Below, piece by piece: positions 8,116-16,398 of a stretch of 52,552 nt of DNA. Numbering within the stretch: position 1 is the first letter of the stretch; each line of letters starts with the position of its first letter. The translations under genes were made by a program, and so were the position numbers. The DNA is from a virus (taxonomy: Duplodnaviria > Caudoviricetes): positions 1 to 52,552 of IMG/VR virus record IMGVR_UViG_3300018080_000030; one strand, 5' to 3'. The notes beneath the pieces are model-generated. The model saw nothing but the letters and a program-made list of their open reading frames with translations, did no database searches and had not been told where the DNA came from.

Positions 8116-9471
8116 ATGTGTATTGATAAGTTTGAAGAAGGAAAGCTGTATAGGTATTCTGGGATAGCCAGAGGAGAAGGGTGGAATTCCGAGGGAGATA
8201 TGGATTATCTGCTTGAAGGTGGTCTACACTATTGCCAGGAGGTTCAGAGCGTAGATGAGAAATACACCGACATTTTGTTTTATGATGATCCTGAAGGGAC
8301 AAGTTGGGCTTTCGATTCCATAGACATGTCTATGTTCCATGAAGTGTGTACTGATGATCTTCTGAACGCATGGGTTACCTTTGATGGACATCTGTGTCAT
8401 AAGTATGACCTGGATCCGAGAAGGGCATACAAAATCAATGAATGTGATCTCTACAACGAAACGGCTACCGATGGACCTATATTGGCACTATACCTGCACA
8501 GTGTGCATAAGGGGCAAGTAATGCTGATGAGTATCGATATGGATGAGGTATCTGGTGTGTTTGTTGTCCCTGAACTTGGAAAGTCCAGCATCGGTATTGA
8601 CAGGTTTGAAGTAGACCGGTATTATATGTGGGCTGGGAAAACTAAGCCGCCTGTAGGATGGGTAGAACCTATGTTCAGTGTCTTGGAAGGGCGGCCTCAC
8701 AGGTGTCTTGATGTGAGAGAATCTGAAGGTTCCGCAGCTGTCCTGTCAGGAGTCCGAAGGAGGGAAGGGAGTACTGGCCCATACTGGTATTACGGAGTCA
8801 GTGTTGGATGCTTTGTGGAAGTGTCGGACGAGTATGTTGCCAGGGTATTAAACAAAGAAGTCATAGGAGACGAAGTATTAACTAAAGCAGCCATAGTGGA
8901 GGAAGATGAGATGGTTGAGCCTGTTGCTGAGCGTGAGATCGTTGAAGAAGAAGAGGCTGAACCTATTGAACAACCAACCACAGGAGAAGAATCCTGTAGA
9001 GAGGAGAGACATTTTATGGAAAATTTAAGAGTATTGTTTGAGGAAATTAATGTAGGGGACGCAGTAACTTACTTAGGCGACAACGGACAGATCAAGAGTG
9101 GTGACCAGTGCATAGTGCTTAAGAAGCAAGATCATCACCTCAAAGTAGCTGGTCCTACTGGTGAACTCGTAGATACATGGTTACGAGAAGAAACCTTTGA
9201 CACTGTGATCAAAAAGCCTCTGCCTGAAGCCTACGTCATCATCGGACATCGGTGTGAAAACGTGTCTGAACTACTTTCGGACATTAAGGCTATGGAGCAA
9301 ACACTCAGAGACATCAGAACCAATTCTGCATGGTCAGGCAGAGTTGTGGGGTATAAGCTGACTCCTGTATTGGAAGCTACTGTGCAAGTCAAAGGTGTTC
9401 AGGGACAGCAAGTCCTGCAAGACTATGGTCATAGCTCACAGGATGACGGTCCCGCAAACCGTACCATCTAA
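8116..9471 (+). CDS. Hypothetical multidomain protein with an internal duplication
   Basis: RBS AGGAGGTG before ATG 8116; IDKFEEGKLY..GW..LLEG..H.C recurs as IDRFEVDRYY..GW..VLEG..H.C. Confidence 0.7.
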   Translation: MCIDKFEEGKLYRYSGIARGEGWNSEGDMDYLLEGGLHYCQEVQSVDEKYTDILFYDDPEGTSWAFDSIDMSMFHEVCTDDLLNAWVTFDGHLCHKYDLDPRRAYKINECDLYNETATDGPILALYLHSVHKGQVMLMSIDMDEVSGVFVVPELGKSSIGIDRFEVDRYYMWAGKTKPPVGWVEPMFSVLEGRPHRCLDVRESEGSAAVLSGVRRREGSTGPYWYYGVSVGCFVEVSDEYVARVLNKEVIGDEVLTKAAIVEEDEMVEPVAEREIVEEEEAEPIEQPTTGEESCREERHFMENLRVLFEEINVGDAVTYLGDNGQIKSGDQCIVLKKQDHHLKVAGPTGELVDTWLREETFDTVIKKPLPEAYVIIGHRCENVSELLSDIKAMEQTLRDIRTNSAWSGRVVGYKLTPVLEATVQVKGVQGQQVLQDYGHSSQDDGPANRTI

Positions 9472-9538
9472 GTAGGTGATTAACTGCTGCGTAGTTATGG
9501 AAGCTACGCAGCTTCACTTTAACTGGAAGGAGAGAGAT

Positions 9539-10048
9539 ATGAGCACTTCTAAGCTTGTTGGGTGTATAATGCTCGCACTTGTGTACATGTTCCTGTTAGG
9601 ACTATGTGAGGGGTTACTTGATAGATTAGAGGCTGGAGAACGGCCAACTGAGACTATAGTGGGGATTAAGTGGCTGGAGCAGCCGGAGTTGAATGGTTGG
9701 ACACTCTGTCATATAGGTTTTGGAACGCTCACCTATGTAGGTGTGGACTTACTCTCTACCCACGTGGTGGAGCGCTGGTTTTTATCAGATGACTGGCATG
9801 TGCCGAAGTGGTCGAGATTATTGATTGCCTTTGGCGTGGGAGCTGGGTTGGAAGTGTATACTGATGGCTTGAATAACAAATATAGAATAAGTACATACTC
9901 ACAAGATGAAGGTGCCGACCTTGCTGATATTGTGGCGCATGGAATTGGGTGTATGCTTGGGATGGTTACTATGGACGTCTTAAAAACAAAGCGAGTGTGG
10001 GTATGGGTTGATGGGCATGGATGGGTGAGAGCGGAGGTCAGATTTTGA
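9539..10048 (+). CDS. Hypothetical membrane or exported protein
   Basis: RBS before ATG 9539; several hydrophobic segments. Confidence 0.6.
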   Translation: MSTSKLVGCIMLALVYMFLLGLCEGLLDRLEAGERPTETIVGIKWLEQPELNGWTLCHIGFGTLTYVGVDLLSTHVVERWFLSDDWHVPKWSRLLIAFGVGAGLEVYTDGLNNKYRISTYSQDEGADLADIVAHGIGCMLGMVTMDVLKTKRVWVWVDGHGWVRAEVRF

Positions 10049-11002
10049 ATGACGGAGTTTAACAGATATAAGACATACTCATTACAGGTTCTGAGAATGG
10101 CGGATCCACCAGGGCCTCAGTTTTATGTGAAAGACCTTATTCCAGAGGGTGTGACTGTGATAGCAGGACCACCGAAACACGCAAAGAGTTGGATGGGGCT
10201 ACAGCTATGTGTGGCTGTGGCCTCCGGAGGTACAGCGCTCGGTGCTTTTGAAGTTAAAAAGTCCAAGAGTCTGTACTTTGCTTTGGAGGACAATGCTGGT
10301 AGGTTAAATCAGCGAATGAAGCAGCTAATGAGCGATGAGGAATGGCCGCCTGACTGCTTTTTCCAGTTAGGCATACAGGCTAATGAGATGCTGAGTGACC
10401 CTGTTAAGCACTTAGATAGCCTGCTTCAGGAGGTTGACGCCAGCTTTATTGTGATTGACACTATGAGTAGGTTTATGTTAGCTGTCCCTAAGAAACGAGA
10501 TGTCAATGCTTATTATGTGGAGTATGCTATGATGGAACCGTTCCAGACGTATGCTCTGGAGAAGCATGTAGCTGTGGTCTTCATCCATCACTTTAGTAAA
10601 AGGGAAAATACTAACGACGTGTTTGAGAGATTCAGTGGGACACAGGCAATCAGTGGAGGTGCGGATAACCTGGTAGGAATTGTCCGTGCGCCTGCTGGAA
10701 TAACAGTGGCAACTCAAGGTAGGGATATTGGTAGGAATGAATGGCCGGCTGAATTTGATATGTCCACAGGGCTATGGACTGTTCATACAGGTGAGTACCA
10801 TGTTGACATTACGAAAGAACAGTTCAAGGTATTGGAAGTTCTGGGGAAAGGAGGTAGCACTGGGATGTTTCCGGAAGCTGTAGCTAAGCAACTAAGAAAG
10901 TCCGATGATGCTGCCAGGAAGCTGTTGTATCGGCTGGAGAGAGATGGGAAGGTAGAGAAGACGCCTTATAACACCTACAAGGTGAAAGAGACTATAGTGT
11001 AA
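10049..11002 (+). CDS. RepA-like (AAA_25, RecA-fold) helicase with C-terminal winged helix
   Basis: Walker A GPPKHAKS, LYFALED, IVIDT, IHHFSK and SGTQAISGGAD motifs. Confidence 0.85.
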   Translation: MTEFNRYKTYSLQVLRMADPPGPQFYVKDLIPEGVTVIAGPPKHAKSWMGLQLCVAVASGGTALGAFEVKKSKSLYFALEDNAGRLNQRMKQLMSDEEWPPDCFFQLGIQANEMLSDPVKHLDSLLQEVDASFIVIDTMSRFMLAVPKKRDVNAYYVEYAMMEPFQTYALEKHVAVVFIHHFSKRENTNDVFERFSGTQAISGGADNLVGIVRAPAGITVATQGRDIGRNEWPAEFDMSTGLWTVHTGEYHVDITKEQFKVLEVLGKGGSTGMFPEAVAKQLRKSDDAARKLLYRLERDGKVEKTPYNTYKVKETIV

Positions 11003-11009
11003 AAGTATG

Positions 11010-11134
11010 GGGCATGTGGCGGAATTGGTAGACGCACGGGTAATGGCATACCCCGTCTCGGTTGCCACGCAAAAGTGCGCCTTTTAGGATGAGCAAGCGA
11101 ACGCCGAGTGCTGGTTCAAATCCAGCCATGCCCT
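11010..11134 (+). ncRNA. Non-canonical tRNA-like RNA with an expanded variable arm
   Basis: Perfect acceptor gggcatg/catgccc, class II-type D arm, T arm gctgg/ttcaaat/ccagc; no 7-nt anticodon loop, ~52 nt variable arm, no encoded CCA. Confidence 0.75.
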
Positions 11135-11161
11135 ATAATAACATGGAGAGAGGAGTAGGAA

Positions 11162-12043
11162 ATGAGTAAAAAACCAAAAGGCATGTATGAACAGTGCCGT
11201 GGGTGTGGTGAATGGCTGACATTAGAGCAAGTTGATGCAAGTTATAACCAACACAAAGCCCTGTATTGTGATAAGTGTGCTGCTCTTGTTGAGGAGCTTG
11301 AGGCAACAAGAGGCGTTACTGGAACGGGAACCGTCGCTTGCCGCTTGTGGAATACACTAAATGGGTTAGTACAAAGGCACCAGCTTCGTAGTTCTACGGT
11401 AGAGATTAGTTTTTCCGACAACTCCACTACTGAATTTGATTTCGAGTGTGGAAATTGTGGTTGTGATTATGTTGAGCGTCCGTTTAACTATTGCCCTAAT
11501 TGTGGGATAAAAATAAAGTGGGTGGAGAGGAATAAAATTTTGAGTAATAAGCAAAACATACAAACCCAACAAACTAAAACTGGCACAAATAATTTTTGTC
11601 CGGTTGATGCGTTTGTTGGGCAGCCGTCTGTACATTTTTCATCTAAGACCGATGAATGGGAAACACCGAGCGAACTATTCAACAAACTGAATGAAGAATT
11701 TAATTTTACTTTAGATCCGTGTTGCACAAAAGAAAATGCCAAATGCGAGCGGTACTTCACAATTGCCGAGAATGGTTTGGCGCACGACTGGAGCAACGAT
11801 GTAGTTTTTATGAATCCTCCTTACGGTAGAGAAATTGGCAAATGGATTGAAAAAGCATATAGAGAAAGTTTGAGAGGTGCGATAGTAGTTTGTTTAATAC
11901 CAGCAAGAACCGACACTAAATATTGGCACGATTACATTTTTAATAAAGCAGAAATAAGATTTCTGAAAGGGCGAGTTAAATTTAGCAATAAAGGGAGTGC
12001 GCCTTTCCCTTCGGCAATTGTGATTTACGGAATGCCGAAATGA
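11162..12043 (+). CDS. Zn-ribbon region in frame with a phage N6-adenine DNA methyltransferase (phage Dam-like)
   Basis: Four CxxC pairs at the N-terminus; DEWETP, FTLDPC, FMNPPY and IPARTDT in the C-terminal half; alternative TTG start at 11540 with RBS GGAGAGG. Confidence 0.85.
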   Translation: MSKKPKGMYEQCRGCGEWLTLEQVDASYNQHKALYCDKCAALVEELEATRGVTGTGTVACRLWNTLNGLVQRHQLRSSTVEISFSDNSTTEFDFECGNCGCDYVERPFNYCPNCGIKIKWVERNKILSNKQNIQTQQTKTGTNNFCPVDAFVGQPSVHFSSKTDEWETPSELFNKLNEEFNFTLDPCCTKENAKCERYFTIAENGLAHDWSNDVVFMNPPYGREIGKWIEKAYRESLRGAIVVCLIPARTDTKYWHDYIFNKAEIRFLKGRVKFSNKGSAPFPSAIVIYGMPK

Positions 12044-12101
12044 AAAGCAAGGTCTGCCCAACGGACAAGGCTGAGTTGCGAAAAAACAAAGGAATCAAAA
12101 T

Positions 12102-12512
12102 ATGAAGTGCGATGAAGATGGATGCAATAAAGAGGCAAAGTATTGGGCTACTGGTAATGGGATTACACCAACTCACGGAGTATGGTGTGCTGAACATATT
12201 TTGCAATTTATAAAGAATAGGGGGGAATCGGGTCAGCACATGAGTAGAATAATAATACCATCGGCATTTAAAAAAGACGAAGAAGTCGCACAGACTTTTT
12301 CGTCAACTCCAGCCGATTGTTATAATTTTGGGGTGGAAGATGTTGAAAAAGCAATGAAATTAATTGAAGAATATGCAGAAAAAACAAAAAGCAAATACTT
12401 TATTTTAAAAGCTGGGGGAAATGGATTAGAAGCAAAACCCATATCTGAATTTGCGGGCGAACATCTTTGGAGTGGATTAAGGATGATGCCGCCAGATGGG
12501 GGAAAATTATAA
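12102..12512 (+). CDS. Hypothetical protein spanning an attC-like junction
   Basis: Starts in the attC loop, crosses GTTATAA at 12319, and stops in the inverse core AATTATAAC. Confidence 0.65.
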   Translation: MKCDEDGCNKEAKYWATGNGITPTHGVWCAEHILQFIKNRGESGQHMSRIIIPSAFKKDEEVAQTFSSTPADCYNFGVEDVEKAMKLIEEYAEKTKSKYFILKAGGNGLEAKPISEFAGEHLWSGLRMMPPDGGKL

Positions 12513-12649
12513 CGTTAGACGCGTTAGCCGCCGTCATACTTCTTCGTGCTTTTCCGAGGACGGCTGCACGCGATGATTATACTGCCGTTTGTAAATTACA
12601 AAAAACACTAAAATGAGAAAACTGAACTAAAATAAAAAGGAGTTGGGCA

Positions 12650-12886
12650 ATGTCAAAAGCAAAACCGATACCAGTAAGCAAAGCGAAAGAAATTGCTAAT
12701 GAATTTGGATATGAACAAGTAATAATATTTGCACGACTAACTGGAAATGCCGGAATGGAACACATGACCACTTATGGCAAAAACAAAGAACATTGTAATA
12801 TTGCTGCCCAAATAGGGAATTTTCTGAAATATAAAATTATGGGGTGGGTGGAAGAAAACGTGACAGACCACGAAAAGGCAGTATAA
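12650..12886 (+). CDS. Hypothetical cassette protein
   Basis: RBS AAGGAG; stop codon lies within GGCAGTATAAC. Confidence 0.75.
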   Translation: MSKAKPIPVSKAKEIANEFGYEQVIIFARLTGNAGMEHMTTYGKNKEHCNIAAQIGNFLKYKIMGWVEENVTDHEKAV

Positions 12887-12952
12887 CGGTTCATAATAAC
12901 CGGTGCAGGTGGAGAAGATAGACTTTAACTAATAAAAGAGAGGAACAAGATC

Positions 12953-13282
12953 ATGAAGAATTTGAAACAAAGTAGCATTGGCCGGTGGGTGTGGGCATCC
13001 GTGTTCATTATTATGTTAGTTGCCGCCTGTTCCAGCGAGGAAGAAGGTCAAAGCTGGAAGAAACAAAAAACATTCGTTGGCATAATTAAGGATGCCAATG
13101 TAGTGCCAACTTCATTTAATGAATATATCAAAACACAAATAAAAACGGATAGAATGTTTTTTGTTGTGAGGGGTTTGCCCAATGTGGCAATCGGAGACTC
13201 ATGTTTTATTTATAAACGAAATGATGGTAGAAAATATGTCTCGTGGGCAAATACACAAACATTGTATTTCATAGGCAACTAA
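12953..13282 (+). CDS. Putative lipoprotein; signal peptide encoded by the attC-like arm
   Basis: Hydrophobic WVWASVFIIMLV followed by lipobox-like VAAC; stop within GGCAACTAAC. Confidence 0.7.
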   Translation: MKNLKQSSIGRWVWASVFIIMLVAACSSEEEGQSWKKQKTFVGIIKDANVVPTSFNEYIKTQIKTDRMFFVVRGLPNVAIGDSCFIYKRNDGRKYVSWANTQTLYFIGN

Positions 13283-13311
13283 CATAGTATTCAATAACAT
13301 AGGAGAGGTAT

Positions 13312-13614
13312 GTGACAAATGATACGAAGAATCATAGCAAGCTATTGGAGATTTACCGAACATTTGGGGAGTGCGGGCTTGATCTGGTCCAGCGTGAGTT
13401 CGGATGTAGGGACACCGCGCTCAGGGAAATCATGTGGCTCGCAGACCAGGTTGAGCAGCATGGGAAGGTGGTTGACATAAAACAGTATATCCAAGACACT
13501 GAGGAAGCTATCGTGCTTAGCACGTATGAAACATGTGGAGAGAACATATCAGCTACTGCACGAGCGCTTAATGTAGAGAGGTGTTATGTGCGTAAGAGAT
13601 TGAAGAATGCCTAA
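13312..13614 (+). CDS. Fis-type helix-turn-helix protein
   Basis: C-terminal EEAIV...CGENISATARALNVERCYVRKRLK matches the Fis/NtrC HTH pattern. Confidence 0.75.
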   Translation: MTNDTKNHSKLLEIYRTFGECGLDLVQREFGCRDTALREIMWLADQVEQHGKVVDIKQYIQDTEEAIVLSTYETCGENISATARALNVERCYVRKRLKNA

Positions 13615-13828
13615 GTACGGAAAAACAATCACATGGACTCAACACCGAGAGACTGTGCAGGTATCTGTGCGGGGTTGCGAGTCTATTAGAGAAGCCGCCA
13701 TGCTTGTTATAGGGGAGGCGGTTTTGGATGGTTGGCTGCCTCCCCGAAGGTGGCAATGATGGCGACGCGGGGATACGACGTTAGCAGAGTTATTGGAGTG
13801 TACTAACAGTGAGGAGGACTCAGCATGA
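13607..13828 (+). pseudogene. Small ORF with an in-frame TGA at 13757-13759
   Basis: PPRRWQ*WRRGDT; the frame continues to an ATGA overlap with the next gene. Confidence 0.5.
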
Positions 13829-14073
13829 TAATTGAATCTATCAAAATTGGCATGATATTAATATTAAGTAGTTTCGTTGGAGCAAGTCTCGCAATGATGG
13901 CTTGGGGCTGGTTTGAGAAGCGTGAGAACACAGCCCGACTGATAATCAGGCCTTACAAGTCATTGCCAGACAGGAAAGTCGTGGTCGAAGTATATGGAGG
14001 TGTAGCAGATATAATAGAGTGTCCGGATGATGTAGACGTAGAGATTAAGGAGGACAACAGTGATGAAGGATAA
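13825..14073 (+). CDS. Hypothetical membrane-anchored protein
   Basis: RBS GAGGAGG; N-terminal transmembrane segment. Confidence 0.65.
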   Translation: MIIESIKIGMILILSSFVGASLAMMAWGWFEKRENTARLIIRPYKSLPDRKVVVEVYGGVADIIECPDDVDVEIKEDNSDEG

Positions 14074-14857
14074 GACCATAGGTAAAAGCATATTAGTCCT
14101 GTTAGGTATCATAATAATCCTTGTAGTATACTTGGCCCTTTGCGTGTCATCTGCGCGGAGTCAGGCGTTGGTGTTGGAAGCCTCGTGCGGCGGGATTTCA
14201 GTAGACAGTATTCCTGTACCGCGATACCAGCCGATCGAGGTTATATGGGGGGACCTTGAGACAGTGATAGGGACGACTACCACAGGAAACGGCTTCCCAC
14301 TTGAAGCTGATAGCAATAAGTTTGTAGTAAATTTAATGATAGACTCGGTGCTTGATTCCGTCGTGATATATGCAATAACAGTGGATGACGTGATTTATCT
14401 CTCTCCGCCGATAGCTGTCAAGATTGTGGGCGCTGGATTCTACAGTGCGGAACTTCCTAAATGGGAGTTATTCTACCATACACCATCGTTTGACACTACT
14501 GCGCTGGACGTTAAGATAACGGTAGGTTGGCTCACACCTACTACTTATATCTCCGGTGCCCCGCTTGACAGCATTCATCACTACGAAGTCTGTGTAAAGG
14601 AGGCTGGTACAGGGACAGAAAGTAACTTTGTCCTATACCCCACAGATGTCATAGCTGTGCAGGGACGGAGTTATGGAGAGTTCCTTGCCAGCCTCAAACT
14701 CAGCACAGACTATATGGTGGCTATGACGGTCACTGCATGGTGGTATGGGCAGGCAGGCGTCGAGAGTGCTTACAGCAATTGGTATGATTTTAAGTCTCCT
14801 GATATACCACAGGCTCCTGGAGAGGTAGCTGTGCAGGAGATAGTTATTGACTTTTGA
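14060..14857 (+). CDS. Exported beta-rich protein (possibly Fn3/Ig-like)
   Basis: Signal or anchor sequence; W..P, Y.V and ES.YSN pattern reminiscent of fibronectin type III. Confidence 0.55.
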   Translation: MMKDKTIGKSILVLLGIIIILVVYLALCVSSARSQALVLEASCGGISVDSIPVPRYQPIEVIWGDLETVIGTTTTGNGFPLEADSNKFVVNLMIDSVLDSVVIYAITVDDVIYLSPPIAVKIVGAGFYSAELPKWELFYHTPSFDTTALDVKITVGWLTPTTYISGAPLDSIHHYEVCVKEAGTGTESNFVLYPTDVIAVQGRSYGEFLASLKLSTDYMVAMTVTAWWYGQAGVESAYSNWYDFKSPDIPQAPGEVAVQEIVIDF

Positions 14858-14870
14858 AGGAGGTGATTTG

Positions 14871-15077
14871 ATGAAGTCAGTAATCAGGATAGAGACGGCT
14901 ATAGAGAGTGGTAGCAACGATTCTTGTAAATATACTTTGGAGCAGCTACTCACAGTATTACGGCAAGGTCTTGGCAACTACCTAACTGCTCCGGTTGTCT
15001 CCCTAAATATGGTGTTAAGAACGCCTTTCGTAGTTGAAGAGGTGGCAAGACACGTTGACGATGATCTGCCTTTTTAA
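14871..15077 (+). CDS. Hypothetical protein
   Basis: RBS AGGAGGTG; ends in DDDLPF. Confidence 0.6.
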   Translation: MKSVIRIETAIESGSNDSCKYTLEQLLTVLRQGLGNYLTAPVVSLNMVLRTPFVVEEVARHVDDDLPF

Positions 15078-15083
15078 CAACTT

Positions 15084-15099
15084 TGGCACGATATTTGAT
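15084..15099 (+). promoter_or_regulatory. Sigma54-like promoter upstream of the packaging/structural genes
   Basis: TGGCACG-atat-TTGAT: perfect -24 element, -12 has GA instead of GC. Confidence 0.5.
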
Positions 15100-15112
15100 G
15101 TAGAGGTGAGAT

Positions 15113-16051
15113 ATGGTGAGATTCACTGCTAATGGACGTTACGTACATGTAGTGAACCAATATGGAGAACTGGTAAACAAAGTGTTCGTTCCGACTTTCA
15201 TGTACGCTGCTGCCCAAGGGATGAAGTACAAAAAAGACTGGCGAAATGCCTATAATCTTCGTATATTAGAATCAGGGGACAAGGTTGCTTGTGATGATGG
15301 CTATGTGGTTACTGTGGTTAAAATCAGCTACGGCTCTACAATCAACAAGATCACTACAGAAGTCAACTCAATCGTAGAGCTGCCACCAGGGCAGCCTCCG
15401 TTAGACTTGGAAGGCTGCTTCTTGACCACGAATCCACAGATACTTGGAGGGTACTTTATAGCTCCTCCAATGATGCCTGCTAAGCGGTTACTGGAATATA
15501 CGAAGATCGCACAGGCTTTCCTGAATACCCTTGACTTAGAGAAAGCCTACAGAAGTGTTCGGCCTGGCAGGACTACGAAAGCTGACATCGAGAGGATACT
15601 ATACAAAGACGAGTTTAGGTATATACTTATGGCGCACATTTTAGATTACTTTCACAAAAGCGGTGTGACACCTGATGCGGTGTTAGCTCTTGTCCATGAG
15701 AGGATGGCTGATGAGGCTCCTGTTGACACACTACTATCTTACCTGGAGTTGTATGCTAAGATTCACCCAGATATGCACGTTGATGGTGTACCAAGAGATG
15801 GGCTACAACAAATCACTGCTGTAGCCAGACCTGTTGGCTATATTGAAGACACCAGATATATCGACGCACACATTGAAGGCACGGCTTTGGAGGAAGCATC
15901 CTCATCGGATGAGGAAATCAGTCAACTCCAAGAGAATGAAATCATAACAAAGGAGGATAGTGATAGTGTGTACTCTATGCAGTTTGATGAGATTAACAGC
16001 GCTTCTGAAAATGAGGAGCTTCCTCTTAATAAACCTGTAAAGGAGACATGA
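15113..16051 (+). CDS. Putative terminase small subunit
   Basis: Position upstream of the large subunit; helical segment LDLEKAYRSV...GVTPDAVL; acidic tail. Confidence 0.45.
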   Translation: MVRFTANGRYVHVVNQYGELVNKVFVPTFMYAAAQGMKYKKDWRNAYNLRILESGDKVACDDGYVVTVVKISYGSTINKITTEVNSIVELPPGQPPLDLEGCFLTTNPQILGGYFIAPPMMPAKRLLEYTKIAQAFLNTLDLEKAYRSVRPGRTTKADIERILYKDEFRYILMAHILDYFHKSGVTPDAVLALVHERMADEAPVDTLLSYLELYAKIHPDMHVDGVPRDGLQQITAVARPVGYIEDTRYIDAHIEGTALEEASSSDEEISQLQENEIITKEDSDSVYSMQFDEINSASENEELPLNKPVKET

Positions 16052-16398
16052 TGAGACTCGGTAAAATTGAGGAGAGTGTGTTAGAAGTATCACACATGGG
16101 AGAACCTTTTGTTGGGTTGGTAGTGGAGATTTTGGATCAATTCCATGAGGATGGGATGTTGATGTACTTCTGTAGAGGATATAGTAGACAAACACACACA
16201 TTCAACGTGCCCGCAAAGCATGTAACGGAATTGCCAGATCCACCGAAAGTAAAGCGGAAGAAAGCGAGACGCAGTGAACAAAGACCGGTCAGGACTACAA
16301 AGCCTGGTGGAGGCAGTAAGCAAGCCGCCTCAACAAAAGCCAAGAAGCCAGGTGCAGCCGCCTCTAAGTCAGCCTCCTCAGCTAAAGCTGGAGCGTAA
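16048..16398 (+). CDS. Hypothetical protein with a Lys/Ala-rich basic tail
   Basis: RBS AAGGAG and ATGA overlap; low-complexity C-terminus. Confidence 0.65.
   Translation: MMRLGKIEESVLEVSHMGEPFVGLVVEILDQFHEDGMLMYFCRGYSRQTHTFNVPAKHVTELPDPPKVKRKKARRSEQRPVRTTKPGGGSKQAASTKAKKPGAAASKSASSAKAGA

Larger units (their letters stand above)
11564..13286 (+). mobile_element. Array of integron-type gene cassettes (attC-like sites, no integrase)
   Basis: Four cassettes, each bounded by mutually complementary core and inverse-core sequences, separated by imperfect inverted repeats with single bulged bases; AT-richer than the flanks. Confidence 0.8.
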
